A DNA stretch of 64,000 nt from NCBI GenBank assembly GCA_051382295.1, contig JBBCAW010000013.1, positions 64,001 to 128,000 of the forward strand, given 5' to 3'. Below, in pieces: positions 9,283 through 19,223 of the stretch. Position 1 is the first letter of the stretch; the number at the start of each line of letters is the position of its first letter. Position numbers and translations under genes: made by a program. A model generated the notes under the pieces. The model worked only from the letters and a program-made list of their open reading frames with translations. It was not told the origin of the DNA and did no database searches. This DNA is from Bdellovibrionota bacterium FG-1. GTDB taxonomy: Bacteria; Bdellovibrionota; UBA1018.

Positions 9283-10197
9283 ATGACCCGTCTGTTGTGG
9301 GCTCTCGCCATTTTGCTTATTATTTTCGCTAGCACGCGCGCCCTCATTCGTGCCTTGCCCGGCGATCCGCTCGAAACTCTCATCACAGAAAGCGGAACCA
9401 CGCTCTCCGTTGAGGAACTTCGCGCGGACCTCGGACTGGATCGCCCCTTTTTGCCGGCCTTGGCTCACGATCTGAGTCGTGCGATTCAGGGGGATTTTGG
9501 GATTTCTCTTCTAAGCCGCGAGCCCGTGGCACCGCTGATTTCAAAAAGACTGATCAAGACCTTCGAACTCACGAGCCTGGCCCTCGTCCTGACTCTGTTG
9601 ATCAGTATTCCGCTCGGCCTTGCCGCAGCGACCAAGCCTCGAGGCTTTTGGGATCGAGTCTGTGATTTTCATGGTGCGCTGACCGCCGCCCTTCCTACCC
9701 CCTGGCTTGGCCCCATTCTTTTGATTTTATTTGCGGTCAAGTTTCCGATTTTCCCCGCTGGCCAAAGCGTCGCACTTCCCGCGCTCACTTTAGCGCTCAG
9801 CTTTTCAGGACTTTGGGCGCGGTTGATCCGTGAGCGTGTCCGCGACACTCTCGTTCGAGGATCAGCGGATGGCGCGCGAGCGCGTGGGCTTCCCGAATGG
9901 AAGGTCCTGCTCAAATATGGTCTTGCACCCACTTCAGGCTCATTATTGGCTTATCTCGGCACCCAATGGGGCGTCCTACTCGCAGGTGCTTTTGTCACTG
10001 AGGTTTTATTTGATTGGCCAGGAATGGGCTCACTTTTGGTTGAATCGGTTCTTAAACGCGATTATCCCATCGTCGAAAGCGCAACTTTTGTGGCGGCGGC
10101 CGCGTCCTTTTTCGGCACCTGGGCCGGTGATTGGGCTCAATCGTTTGTGGATCCTCGACTCAGGCCTGGAACCCAAACCGTGGCGGCAGGAAAATGA
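9283..10197 (+). CDS. dppB: Peptide ABC transporter permease (DppB/OppB-like)
   Basis: PGDP, ARARGL, TEVLFDWPGMG and RDYP motifs. Confidence 0.9.
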   Translation: MTRLLWALAILLIIFASTRALIRALPGDPLETLITESGTTLSVEELRADLGLDRPFLPALAHDLSRAIQGDFGISLLSREPVAPLISKRLIKTFELTSLALVLTLLISIPLGLAAATKPRGFWDRVCDFHGALTAALPTPWLGPILLILFAVKFPIFPAGQSVALPALTLALSFSGLWARLIRERVRDTLVRGSADGARARGLPEWKVLLKYGLAPTSGSLLAYLGTQWGVLLAGAFVTEVLFDWPGMGSLLVESVLKRDYPIVESATFVAAAASFFGTWAGDWAQSFVDPRLRPGTQTVAAGK

Positions 10198-10991
10198 AAA
10201 ATTTGTCCATTCATTTGGCCCGTCTCTGGCTTGGCCTTTGGTTAATGACGGCACTCCTGATTGGGCTTGGGACAGGGTTAGGATATTTTCCGCACCTCAT
10301 TGAGCATAACCTCCCCCGAACCCTGGGAGGGCCTACTTTTCAACATCCATTCGGTTTTGATGCGTTTGGACGAGATCTTCTTTTGATTACTTTGCAGGCT
10401 TCCTCGATAAGCGCATTTTTTGCGGCTTTTGCCACGCTGACCGCGTCGGGATTAGGCGTGCTACTGGGCACTTGGATCGCCATTTCCCCCCATCGTCTGA
10501 ACTTTTTCCTTTCCCGATGTCTCGAAACAGTGCTGGCCTTTCCCTCATTACTTTTTGCACTCGCTTGGGCCGCCATCCGTGGGCCAGGTTGGGATACTTT
10601 GGCTATGTCACTCCTTTTAGGGAGCGTTCCGGGCCTTACCCGTCTTATTCAAGTACGAGCCCGAGAAATCCTGTCCGAAGACTATGTGCTGGCAGCGCGA
10701 TCCCTGGGCGCCAGCGGGCTTCGGGTGGGCTACCGCCATATTGCCCCTGCCGTAATTTCCTTTTGTCGGATTAAGGCACCCAATCTTTTTGCATCGGCAC
10801 TGATGGCCGAAGCCACCCTTTCTTTTTTAGGCTTGGGAGCCCCTATCGGCCGAGACACCTGGGGGTCACTGCTGGCACAAGGGAAGGATTACTTGATTGA
10901 AGCACCTCATCTTGCCTTTGGGGCTGGGCTTCCCTTGGTTTTGACAGTGCTGAGTGTGCAGATTTTAGCTTCACGACAATCGCGGAATTGA
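10194..10991 (+). CDS. dppC: Peptide ABC transporter permease (DppC/OppC-like)
   Basis: HPFGFDAFGRD, YVLAARSLGAS and EATLSFLGLG motifs; ATGA overlap with dppB. Confidence 0.9.
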   Translation: MKNLSIHLARLWLGLWLMTALLIGLGTGLGYFPHLIEHNLPRTLGGPTFQHPFGFDAFGRDLLLITLQASSISAFFAAFATLTASGLGVLLGTWIAISPHRLNFFLSRCLETVLAFPSLLFALAWAAIRGPGWDTLAMSLLLGSVPGLTRLIQVRAREILSEDYVLAARSLGASGLRVGYRHIAPAVISFCRIKAPNLFASALMAEATLSFLGLGAPIGRDTWGSLLAQGKDYLIEAPHLAFGAGLPLVLTVLSVQILASRQSRN

Positions 10992-11007
10992 GCTAGTATC
11001 GGGGACG

Positions 11008-12150
11008 ATGGCTGCTCAACCTCGCAAGTCTCCCGATAAACCCAGTCCCGGCAATCCCACTCAAACAGCTCGTACGGCTTTGGGTCAGCTTTTTATCATG
11101 GGATTCAGTGGCCCGGAACTTTCTGCGGAAACTCAAGCCTTCATCTCCCAGGCGGGAATCGGCGGACTCCTGCTCCAAACCGTGAATTACGAATCACCAG
11201 CACAATTAGCCGAGCTCAGCAATCAAGCTCAGGAATGCAGCAAAGAGTTTCCACTTTGGATCGCAGTGGACCACGAGGGAGGACGGGTTCAAAGATTCAA
11301 AAAACATTTTACGCGAATCCCCGATGCGGCGGTCATTGGCGCCATGAACTCCCCTCGTCTCGCTTTTGAAATTTCCGAGATGGTCGCAAAAGAGCTGAAA
11401 GCGGTTGGCATCAATCTCAACTTTGCACCGGTGGTCGATATCGCCACGGACCCTCGCAACGCAGTCCTCGTCAACCGCGCCTATGGAAACACCGAAGACA
11501 CGGTTTCCAAAATTGCAAACGCCGTTGTGCGAGGCCATGTGGTGCAAGGTGTACAACCCTGCATTAAGCATTTTCCCGGTCACGGGGACACCGGTACCGA
11601 TTCGCATTTTTCACTCCCGCGCGTCGATACAACGCTCGAGATTTTGCGCGAACGCGAATTTAAGCCTTTTACCAAAGCCTTTAAATCTCGTTGCGCGATG
11701 GTGATGACTGGCCACATCGTTTGCACTCGGCTTGACCCTGAATTCCCAGCCACCCTTTCGGCTAAAATTCTTCGGGGAATTCTGCGAACCGAATTACGGT
11801 ATTCGCGGTTAATCATCAGTGACGAAATGGAAATGAAAGCCATTTCTGATCACTATAGTGCTGAACACGCGCCCATCCTTGCGCTCCAGGCAGGTTGTGA
11901 CGTTCTCCTTTACAAAGCCGAAGCAGGTGCACGCCTCGCCTATGCGGCGGTCCTGAAAGCGCTAGATGAGGGTCAACTCGCCCCGGCAATTATCCTCGAA
12001 GCAGCTCGACGAGTGCGCGACTTCAAGCAAAGCACGTTACTTCCCTATCACCCCGCCAAGGTCGCCGACGTGGGAAAAACCGTCGGAATTCCCGAACATC
12101 AGCAGCTGATGGAACAGGTACTCGCAGGTCCGGCTTCGGGCGAACACTGA
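11008..12150 (+). CDS. nagZ: Beta-N-acetylhexosaminidase (GH3)
   Basis: VDHEGGRVQR and KHFPGHG.T..DSH signatures. Confidence 0.92.
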   Translation: MAAQPRKSPDKPSPGNPTQTARTALGQLFIMGFSGPELSAETQAFISQAGIGGLLLQTVNYESPAQLAELSNQAQECSKEFPLWIAVDHEGGRVQRFKKHFTRIPDAAVIGAMNSPRLAFEISEMVAKELKAVGINLNFAPVVDIATDPRNAVLVNRAYGNTEDTVSKIANAVVRGHVVQGVQPCIKHFPGHGDTGTDSHFSLPRVDTTLEILREREFKPFTKAFKSRCAMVMTGHIVCTRLDPEFPATLSAKILRGILRTELRYSRLIISDEMEMKAISDHYSAEHAPILALQAGCDVLLYKAEAGARLAYAAVLKALDEGQLAPAIILEAARRVRDFKQSTLLPYHPAKVADVGKTVGIPEHQQLMEQVLAGPASGEH

Positions 12151-12336
12151 TCCGCTTTAATACGTAAACTGTATTTAAAAACCCCCACCCCAACTCCATC
12201 TACTGCCGCAGCCAGGCAGTTCAGCGATCTCACCCCGACAAAAACCCATTGAGCCTCGCCAAATTCAGCCTACAACTAAAGCTCCTTGCCTTTTTAGACG
12301 CAACGCGTTAACAATCACCCCACTGAGGAGTATCCC

Positions 12337-13097
12337 ATGAAATCCGTGCTCAGTTTCAATGTAATTGCCTCGCTATTAGCTACTTCGCTCGCGCAAGCGG
12401 CGCCGGTTTGTACTGATCCCAATTTTTCAAAAGCGCTGCAACTCATCGATCAAAACGTTGCAGAAATTCAGATCGCTCGCGACCTAAACGCCGCGATTTT
12501 AGCAGATCGAAAACACGATCTCAAAGGGGCCACCACCCTCACTCATACAGCGACCGTATTGACCGCAGTCGATCTTGTCACAATAGGTGTAATCGCGGGA
12601 TGGTACGCAGGTGCCCATTTCATAGGGCCCGCTACCGCTTCAGCCGAAGCTCTAGAAAGAACAGCTAATAGATTCATTCGCGGGCTTGCCGTGTTGGGCT
12701 CGGGCATCGGCGGTGCAGGCGTGGGCGCGGCCAGTGGAATTGGGGCCACTTACTACCTCTACTCCCAGGCTGGCAAAATGGACTTCACACTCGCATTTGA
12801 ATCAATTGAAAAGGGCACCCCCTTTGTCGCGATCAATTCCGGCGACACTCTGTCTCGGGTCCAAGACCTCATTAAACGCTATCGAGAGGTACACAGTAAA
12901 GTAGGACAAATCACGGTGTCTCGTTTGACGGAAATCGAACAAAAAACCACTGGTATAGCCTCGGCTGGGGTGACCTCGCGTCGATCAAAGCCTTGGTCGC
13001 CGAAAATAAAACCCACGTCGAAATCTACGATATCGAGGCCAAGCTATTTCAGGGGCTGAGTAACGAAATCGGAAACCTATGCGGAATTCTCCATTAA
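12337..13097 (+). pseudogene. Secreted glycine-zipper helical protein with an apparent frameshift at A6 (12941-12946)
   Basis: GAGGAG RBS and signal peptide. The ORF stops at 13059, but the -1 frame reads NHWYSLGWGDLASIKALVAENK...NLCGILH* to 13097. Confidence 0.55.
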
Positions 13098-13693
13098 ACT
13101 CACTCCATTTAGACCGCTTTGATGCTCTCTTGTTTGATCTGGATGGCACGCTCGCTGACTCAATGGAAATTCATAACCAGGCGTGGATTGCGACACTTCA
13201 AGAATTGGGATATCCGATGACTCACGCGATCTTGCAAGAATATGCGGGAATTCCCAATCCAAAAACAACGGAACTTTTTAACGAGCGTTTTGGCTGGAGT
13301 CTCGATCCTCATACAATTTCGATCGATAAAGAATCCCGTTTTTTGAAAAACGTCCAACGCGTCCGCCCGATCCACGAGGTTCTTGAAATTGCCCGGAAGC
13401 ATCACCTCACCAAAGCGATGGCCATTGTGTCCGGTGGCTCCAAAGACTTGGTCCGGCGAATTTTGGCGGCCCTTCAAATCGAAGATCTCTTTCCAGTCCG
13501 CATTTGCGCAGAGGATACCCCCCGCGGAAAACCTCACCCCGATCCGTTTCTTTTCGCCGCTCATCTTTTGAAAGTCAGCCCTGAAAAATGTCTGGTCTTT
13601 GAAGACGGCGAGGCCGGAATTCAAGGCGCCAAAGAAGCGGGAATGGGGATTGTGCACGTTGGAGCGAAGTTTGACTTGACGTTTTTGGGCTGA
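13079..13693 (+). CDS. HAD-superfamily phosphatase (YqaB/beta-PGM-like)
   Basis: FDLDGTL, GKPHPD and VFED motifs. Confidence 0.92.
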   Translation: MRNSPLNSLHLDRFDALLFDLDGTLADSMEIHNQAWIATLQELGYPMTHAILQEYAGIPNPKTTELFNERFGWSLDPHTISIDKESRFLKNVQRVRPIHEVLEIARKHHLTKAMAIVSGGSKDLVRRILAALQIEDLFPVRICAEDTPRGKPHPDPFLFAAHLLKVSPEKCLVFEDGEAGIQGAKEAGMGIVHVGAKFDLTFLG

Positions 13694-13855
13694 AAAAATT
13701 TATTAAACAGCCACTATTGTAAATCAATAGTTGACAACTACAGTTCAAGCCAGTACACCTCCGACCTGTCAGTAATAGACCGATAACCAAAACCTGAAAT
13801 TGAAAAATACCATAATTTCATCAAGTTAAAAAAATAAACCCCCTGCATTTATTCT

Positions 13856-13884
13856 TTGACTTATTTAATCAACTATTGTATTTT
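13856..13884 (+). promoter_or_regulatory. Sigma70-type promoter with palindromic operator
   Basis: TTGACT-N17-TATTTT; TTGACTTATTTAATCAA matches 1574-1590 at 16/17 positions. Confidence 0.55.
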
Positions 13885-13911
13885 CCACTCCGTCATTTGG
13901 AGGATTTTGCC

Positions 13912-14565
13912 ATGAATCGGAATTCGAAAATTTTGGGAACCGCGATTACTCTAGCCGCCCTCAGTCTCATTTGCCTCGAAGCGATCCACGCCGACGAGGC
14001 ACCCCCCACCGCCCCACTCATACCCGGAAAAATTCTCATTACCATCACCACCGATAAAGACGGAAGTACCCCCCAAAAACTTCACCAGTTTAGCCTGAAT
14101 GTCATCACCAACGAAGCCAATGAAATTCAGGGCATCTTCTACTTTGAAAAAGGCCGCGAACGGATGCCATGTATCAAAAGGGTGTCCTTACAAAATTGTA
14201 TCATTCCCCTTTCGGACATCGGCAAAGAGGGCGCGGTTCTAGAGCGTGCCATCAACCCCATGTCAAGAACCCGCTTTGACGTCATTACCCTCAAGATCAC
14301 CTCACCTATTGATCTGGCCACTTCCTCAGGGACCGTCACCATTCACTATCTCGCACAAGCGATTTCGGCGTTGGACCCCACGCAAGCCGACGTCTACGGT
14401 GACTTTGATATTACGCTCGGCAAAGTGGACGGCGCATGGAAAGCCTTTTTACCCGTCACAGACAAGGCAAAGACCCCCACCTTGATCAATAATCTTTTCA
14501 TGGAAACCTTGTTCTTTCCCTTCGGCCATTATGCCATCGGAATCAAACAGGTGAACCCAAGTTAA
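13912..14565 (+). CDS. Hypothetical exported protein
   Basis: GGAGG RBS before ATG 13912; signal peptide; beta-rich. Confidence 0.75.
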   Translation: MNRNSKILGTAITLAALSLICLEAIHADEAPPTAPLIPGKILITITTDKDGSTPQKLHQFSLNVITNEANEIQGIFYFEKGRERMPCIKRVSLQNCIIPLSDIGKEGAVLERAINPMSRTRFDVITLKITSPIDLATSSGTVTIHYLAQAISALDPTQADVYGDFDITLGKVDGAWKAFLPVTDKAKTPTLINNLFMETLFFPFGHYAIGIKQVNPS

Positions 14566-14602
14566 TCTGGAGTTTTCGGAAGGTCGCAGCTTACAATGAA
14601 TC

Positions 14603-16048
14603 ATGACCTCACGCACGACTCCACCGGCCACCACTCCTCAAGGTAAATTTGTTCAAGGCTTAGGCCTCATGGACGCCACCAATCTCGTCGCTGGCGCGAT
14701 GATCGGCTCCGGTATTTTTGTGGTCAGCCAGGATATCGCACGAACGGTGGGATCACCTGCCATGCTCCTCCTCGTTTGGCTAGTTACGGGCCTGATGACC
14801 TTGGCGGTCGCGCTTTCGTATGGCGAGTTGGCAGCCATGTATCCCAAAGCGGGCGGACAATACGTTTATTTACGTGAAGCTTATTCTCCGATGTGGGGTT
14901 TTCTGTATGGCTGGACTTCCTTTCTGGTCATCCAAACCGGCACGATCGCGGCAGTCGCGGTCGCCTTTGCCAAATATCTGGGAATCCTGATCCCAGCGAT
15001 TTCGACTCAAAACTGGCTCTGGCAAGCCGGCCATTTCAGCTTAGGCGATCACACCGTAACCGTCGGACTCAACACCGCCCAGCTCGTTGGCATTGTGATC
15101 ATTGCAATCCTGACGGCCAACAATTGTATCAACCTCAATGCGGGTAAATGGGTTCAAAACATCTTTACTGTGGCCAAAATCGCCGCACTCGTCGCTCTCA
15201 TCGCGGTCGGGATTTTCTGCATCAGGCCTGACGGAGCCTTACACGAAGTAGGTTTTTTCGAACGACGCACTGGTGGCGACTGGGGGACCATTCCACTTTT
15301 TGCCGCAATGTGGGTGGCGATGGTGGGCTCAATGTTCTCAGCTGACGCATGGAACAATATTACGTTTGTCGCAGGCGAGGTCCGCAATCCGCAACGCAAC
15401 CTCCCGCTCTCGCTCGCTTTTGGCGCGGGAGGCGTGGTGCTTCTCTATTTTTTGGTCAACGTCGGTTACTTGGGCGTACTTTCCTTTGACCAAATTGCGC
15501 ACGCACCAGAATCAAGAGTCGCGGCGGCGGCGATGGGGCAGATCGTTCCTTGGGGTGCGATCGCTATTTCGGTCGTGGTGATGGTTTCGACTTTTGGCTG
15601 CTTAAACGGAATCATTCTGGCCGGACCCCGACTTTATTGGGCCATGGCACGTGATGGACTTTTTTTTAAAGCCACCGGAGAACTCGGAACCCGAAGTGGC
15701 GTGCCTACCAAAGGCCTCATCCTTCAAGCATGTTGGGCCGTGCTATTGACCCTGTCAGGCACCTACGGTGATTTGCTGGATTACGTGATCTTTGCCGCAC
15801 TTTTGTTTTATGTTCTGACCGTCATCGGCGTTTTTGTGCTCCGTCGTAAAGCACCCAAGCTAGATCGGCCTTACCGCGCTTGGGGCTACCCGGTTGTTCC
15901 TACTTTATATATTGGATCAGCCAGCGTCATGATGATCATGTTGCTCATCTACAAACCCCTTTATACTTGGCCCGGGCTTGCCATCGTTGCCCTGGGAGTT
16001 CCGGCTTATGGAGTGTGGCTCAAAATCACTTCACCCAGTTCGCGTTGA
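14603..16048 (+). CDS. APC-family amino acid permease
   Basis: MIGSGIF, YGELAAMYPKAGGQY and EVRNPQRNLP motifs; about 12 TM helices. Confidence 0.93.
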   Translation: MTSRTTPPATTPQGKFVQGLGLMDATNLVAGAMIGSGIFVVSQDIARTVGSPAMLLLVWLVTGLMTLAVALSYGELAAMYPKAGGQYVYLREAYSPMWGFLYGWTSFLVIQTGTIAAVAVAFAKYLGILIPAISTQNWLWQAGHFSLGDHTVTVGLNTAQLVGIVIIAILTANNCINLNAGKWVQNIFTVAKIAALVALIAVGIFCIRPDGALHEVGFFERRTGGDWGTIPLFAAMWVAMVGSMFSADAWNNITFVAGEVRNPQRNLPLSLAFGAGGVVLLYFLVNVGYLGVLSFDQIAHAPESRVAAAAMGQIVPWGAIAISVVVMVSTFGCLNGIILAGPRLYWAMARDGLFFKATGELGTRSGVPTKGLILQACWAVLLTLSGTYGDLLDYVIFAALLFYVLTVIGVFVLRRKAPKLDRPYRAWGYPVVPTLYIGSASVMMIMLLIYKPLYTWPGLAIVALGVPAYGVWLKITSPSSR

Positions 16049-17118
16049 AAGCGCGCTTTTGAAAACTCGGCCGCGCGACGACGACAGGCCCGTTCATCGA
16101 TCGTACAACAGCCAGATTCAAGCAGGGTGACGGCCTCCATTAATGCCTGCACTGTTTGAGGCCGAAAGAAAACTCCGGTTTGCTCGGTAACCGTCTCCGA
16201 AGCGCCCCCTTCGCCAAAAGCAATCACAGGAGCACCGCTGGCCATCGCTTCGAGGGGGGTAATCCCAAAATCCTCTTTGCCCGGAAAAATAAACGCACGA
16301 CAGGTGGAAAAAAGCTGCGCAATTTCATCATTTGAGAGCACGCCTCTCCATTCGATCGTGGGCCCTGCCATCGCACGAATCCGCACCTCGTCCTGCCCCG
16401 CACCTACAATGACCAGCGGGAGCTTGAGCTGATTGAATGCCTCAATGGCGAGATCCACTCGCTTGTACGGCGCAAAAGCCCCCACCATCACGTATTGGCA
16501 CCCTGGCGCGCGCGGGCTTGTAAAGCGCGACAAATCGGCAAACGGATAAATCACCCGAGCTCGCCGTCCATAGGCTGAAAATATCTGCTCGGCGATGTAA
16601 TGACTATTGGCCACGATTTCGTCGACCCGATCCGCCTGGCTCACGCGACGATCCCAGTTTTGCAAATAGGGCCGCACTGCGCGAGCGGCCAGCCTGACCG
16701 GGAGCGACGCTTTTTCGGGGCCGAAGTATTCGTCGTAGCGATCCCACATATAGCGCATGGGTGCGTGAACATAACTGATATGGACCGCCCCCGGCGGCTT
16801 GCGAATCCCCTTGGCCACACAGTGAGAACTCGAAACGACCAGGTCAAACCCCGTCAAATCAAAAGACTCGATCGCTCGAGGCATCAGCGGCAAAAAATGA
16901 CGATACCGATGTGCCACACCCGGAAAACGCTGCAAAAAACTAGTATGCTGCTGGAGGGCCGCAAGTCTGGGTGAAATCTTGTCCCGAAAACTGACCAGCG
17001 TGAAAAGCTCAGCCTGAGGAAACATCTCGGCGATGCCCTCAAGAACATACTCCCCCCCCCGCATTCCAGTCAGCCAATCATGAACTAACGCGACTTTTTT
17101 AAATTTCGGCGCATTCAC
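16006..17118 (-). CDS. GT4 family glycosyltransferase
   Basis: HDWLTGMRGGE and EDFGITPLEAMASG motifs; GTG start at 17118 overlaps the upstream stop. Confidence 0.9.
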   Translation of the reverse strand: MNAPKFKKVALVHDWLTGMRGGEYVLEGIAEMFPQAELFTLVSFRDKISPRLAALQQHTSFLQRFPGVAHRYRHFLPLMPRAIESFDLTGFDLVVSSSHCVAKGIRKPPGAVHISYVHAPMRYMWDRYDEYFGPEKASLPVRLAARAVRPYLQNWDRRVSQADRVDEIVANSHYIAEQIFSAYGRRARVIYPFADLSRFTSPRAPGCQYVMVGAFAPYKRVDLAIEAFNQLKLPLVIVGAGQDEVRIRAMAGPTIEWRGVLSNDEIAQLFSTCRAFIFPGKEDFGITPLEAMASGAPVIAFGEGGASETVTEQTGVFFRPQTVQALMEAVTLLESGCCTIDERACRRRAAEFSKARFQRELGEVILSHTP

Positions 17119-18122
17119 AGCTGGGTCCGAAAATAATCCAAACTCTCTTGAAGGCCAGTTTTCAAATCCACGCGGGGCTCCCAGCCCAAAAGCTTTTGGG
17201 CCCGCGAAATATTGGGACACCGACGTTTAGGATCGTCCTCTCGCGCCGGCACATAAGTCAATTTCGAAGCGGTTTTGGAAAGCTCGATCACGGTCTTGGC
17301 AAAGTCCAACACCGTTCGCTCGACCGGATTGCCGATGTTCACGGGATGAGTGACGGAACTTTCAAAAAGACGAATAATGCCATCGACTAAATCCGAGACA
17401 TAGCAAAAACTGCGGGTTTGTAGGCCATCTCCGTGAAGTGTCAACGGCTGCCCCTTCAAGGCCTGAACGCAAAACTCAGGCACGATTCGACCGTCATCGG
17501 CTCTCATCCGCGGACCATAGGTATTGAAAATCCTGACCATACCGCCATTCAAAGCTTTTCGAGGACTTCCATCAGGGTGCCGTCCTACTCCACGAATCGC
17601 GGTGCTGACATAGGCCTCAGCAAAACGCTTGGTTTCGTCGTAACAGGCCCGAGGGCCTAAGGTATTCACATTGCCCCAATAGTCTTCACTCTGAGGATGA
17701 ACAAGCGGGTCACCATAGATTTCGGAAGTCGATGCCAATAAATAGCGTGCTCCATGGCGAAGCGCGAGGTCAACCGTTTGAGCGGTTCCGATGGAATCGA
17801 CGGCAAGAATTTCGAATGGAATTCGATCAAAATCCACCGGACTGGCCGGACAGGCAAAATGAAAAACACCCTGAAGTCCGTATTGCTCAATGAACGGGAA
17901 AAGAGTGTCTGCCAGCGGCAAACACACGTCACGTTCCACGAGTTGGAATCGAGGATGAGTCAAGACCTGTGAGAGATTTTCGCGCCGTCCAGTGAGAAAG
18001 TTATCCACTCCTGTGACCGCATAGCCTTTGCTCAGCAGCGCGTCCGTCAAATGAGATCCAATAAACCCAGCGGCACCCGTAATAATGACATGTTTTGGCA
18101 TGATGAGACTTTTCATTACCAC
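17115..18122 (-). CDS. UDP-glucuronate decarboxylase (UDP-xylose synthase)-like SDR
   Basis: TGAAGFIGSH, CPASP, STSEIYGDP..HPQ.E.YWGNVN and CYDETKR motifs. Confidence 0.9.
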   Translation of the reverse strand: MVMKSLIMPKHVIITGAAGFIGSHLTDALLSKGYAVTGVDNFLTGRRENLSQVLTHPRFQLVERDVCLPLADTLFPFIEQYGLQGVFHFACPASPVDFDRIPFEILAVDSIGTAQTVDLALRHGARYLLASTSEIYGDPLVHPQSEDYWGNVNTLGPRACYDETKRFAEAYVSTAIRGVGRHPDGSPRKALNGGMVRIFNTYGPRMRADDGRIVPEFCVQALKGQPLTLHGDGLQTRSFCYVSDLVDGIIRLFESSVTHPVNIGNPVERTVLDFAKTVIELSKTASKLTYVPAREDDPKRRCPNISRAQKLLGWEPRVDLKTGLQESLDYFRTQL

Positions 18123-18125
18123 AGC

Positions 18126-19223
18126 TCAGCCGACTGAGTCACGGTAGATCTGATCCATCTGAATTCCCAAATTCAGCACGCTATAACGGCGCATCAATTG
18201 CGCGCGACTTTCGCTTGAACTCGGCAAAACCTCGCCCGCGACGGTCCGTGCCAATGCCTTAGCCCAGGCCTCAATATCCATCGGGTCGACCCAAAGTACC
18301 TCGCCCTGAAGCAAATCAGCAAGCGCCTCGCGGTGGGGCGCTATTCGTGAAACCACCAAAGGAATGCCAAGACAAGCGGCCTCGATCGGGGGCAAACCAA
18401 AACCCTCATAAAGGGAGGGGAAAACCACCGCCCCTGCCCCCGCCATCAAGGCACGAGCCTCCTGATCTGGAAGGGCGCCTAGGCAGTGCACACCGGTGGA
18501 GTCACTGCCCTTCATTTCGCCGGGGCTGAGATTCAGCACCAACTCCCAACCCTGCGCGCCCGCGTGCCCGTTGCGATATTTTTCAAAGCCCGCAATGAGT
18601 GTTTTGAGATTTTTATGGGGCTTAGAATTTGAGAGACAGAAAAAATACCGTCTCCGCGAAAGGTTGAATTTTTTCAACACCGGATCAATCTCTTCCTGGT
18701 CAACCTTCTCTAAAAAGCAGGGATCCAACGCATTAGGAATGACTTGAATTTCGCGAGGTCCCAGCCACTGCAATAATTCTTTTTTCGAAAATTCCGAAAC
18801 GGTGGCGATTACTTTTGCCTTCAGTGCAAAGGGTTTCAGTACTCGTTCATAATAGGCCTTTTTTCCTCGACCGCCGAACTGAAGATGGTTGAGATCATGA
18901 ATGGTCACCATCCACGGACAAGGAACCCGGAGCAGCGCCGAAAATGTGGGACTATGATAAAAACGAGCCTCGAGCTTTCGAAGGAGCACCGGAATTTCGA
19001 TGAGTTCCCAGGGACTCAGAAACCCTGACCCAACCCTCACTGTTTCGAAACCCGTAAAGGTTGCCATGGGGGCCTGGCTACTGGTCAAAAACACAGGCGA
19101 GTAAGGCAAGGTCATTCCTCTTTCCACCTGCCTGAGCCCAGCCACCATCAGGGACACGTATCGCCCAAAACCGTGCGGAACTGCCCCCACCATTCGCGCA
19201 TCAATGACAATTCGGGGTTTCAC
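18126..19223 (-). CDS. GT4 family glycosyltransferase
   Basis: IDAR, TIHDL, KPHKN and PSLYEGFGLPPIEA motifs; GTG start at 19223. Confidence 0.9.
   Translation of the reverse strand: MKPRIVIDARMVGAVPHGFGRYVSLMVAGLRQVERGMTLPYSPVFLTSSQAPMATFTGFETVRVGSGFLSPWELIEIPVLLRKLEARFYHSPTFSALLRVPCPWMVTIHDLNHLQFGGRGKKAYYERVLKPFALKAKVIATVSEFSKKELLQWLGPREIQVIPNALDPCFLEKVDQEEIDPVLKKFNLSRRRYFFCLSNSKPHKNLKTLIAGFEKYRNGHAGAQGWELVLNLSPGEMKGSDSTGVHCLGALPDQEARALMAGAGAVVFPSLYEGFGLPPIEAACLGIPLVVSRIAPHREALADLLQGEVLWVDPMDIEAWAKALARTVAGEVLPSSSESRAQLMRRYSVLNLGIQMDQIYRDSVG

Noticed and set aside
13779..13786. ACCGATAA as a sigma28 -10 element
   Set aside because: No acceptable -35 at 15-nt spacing.
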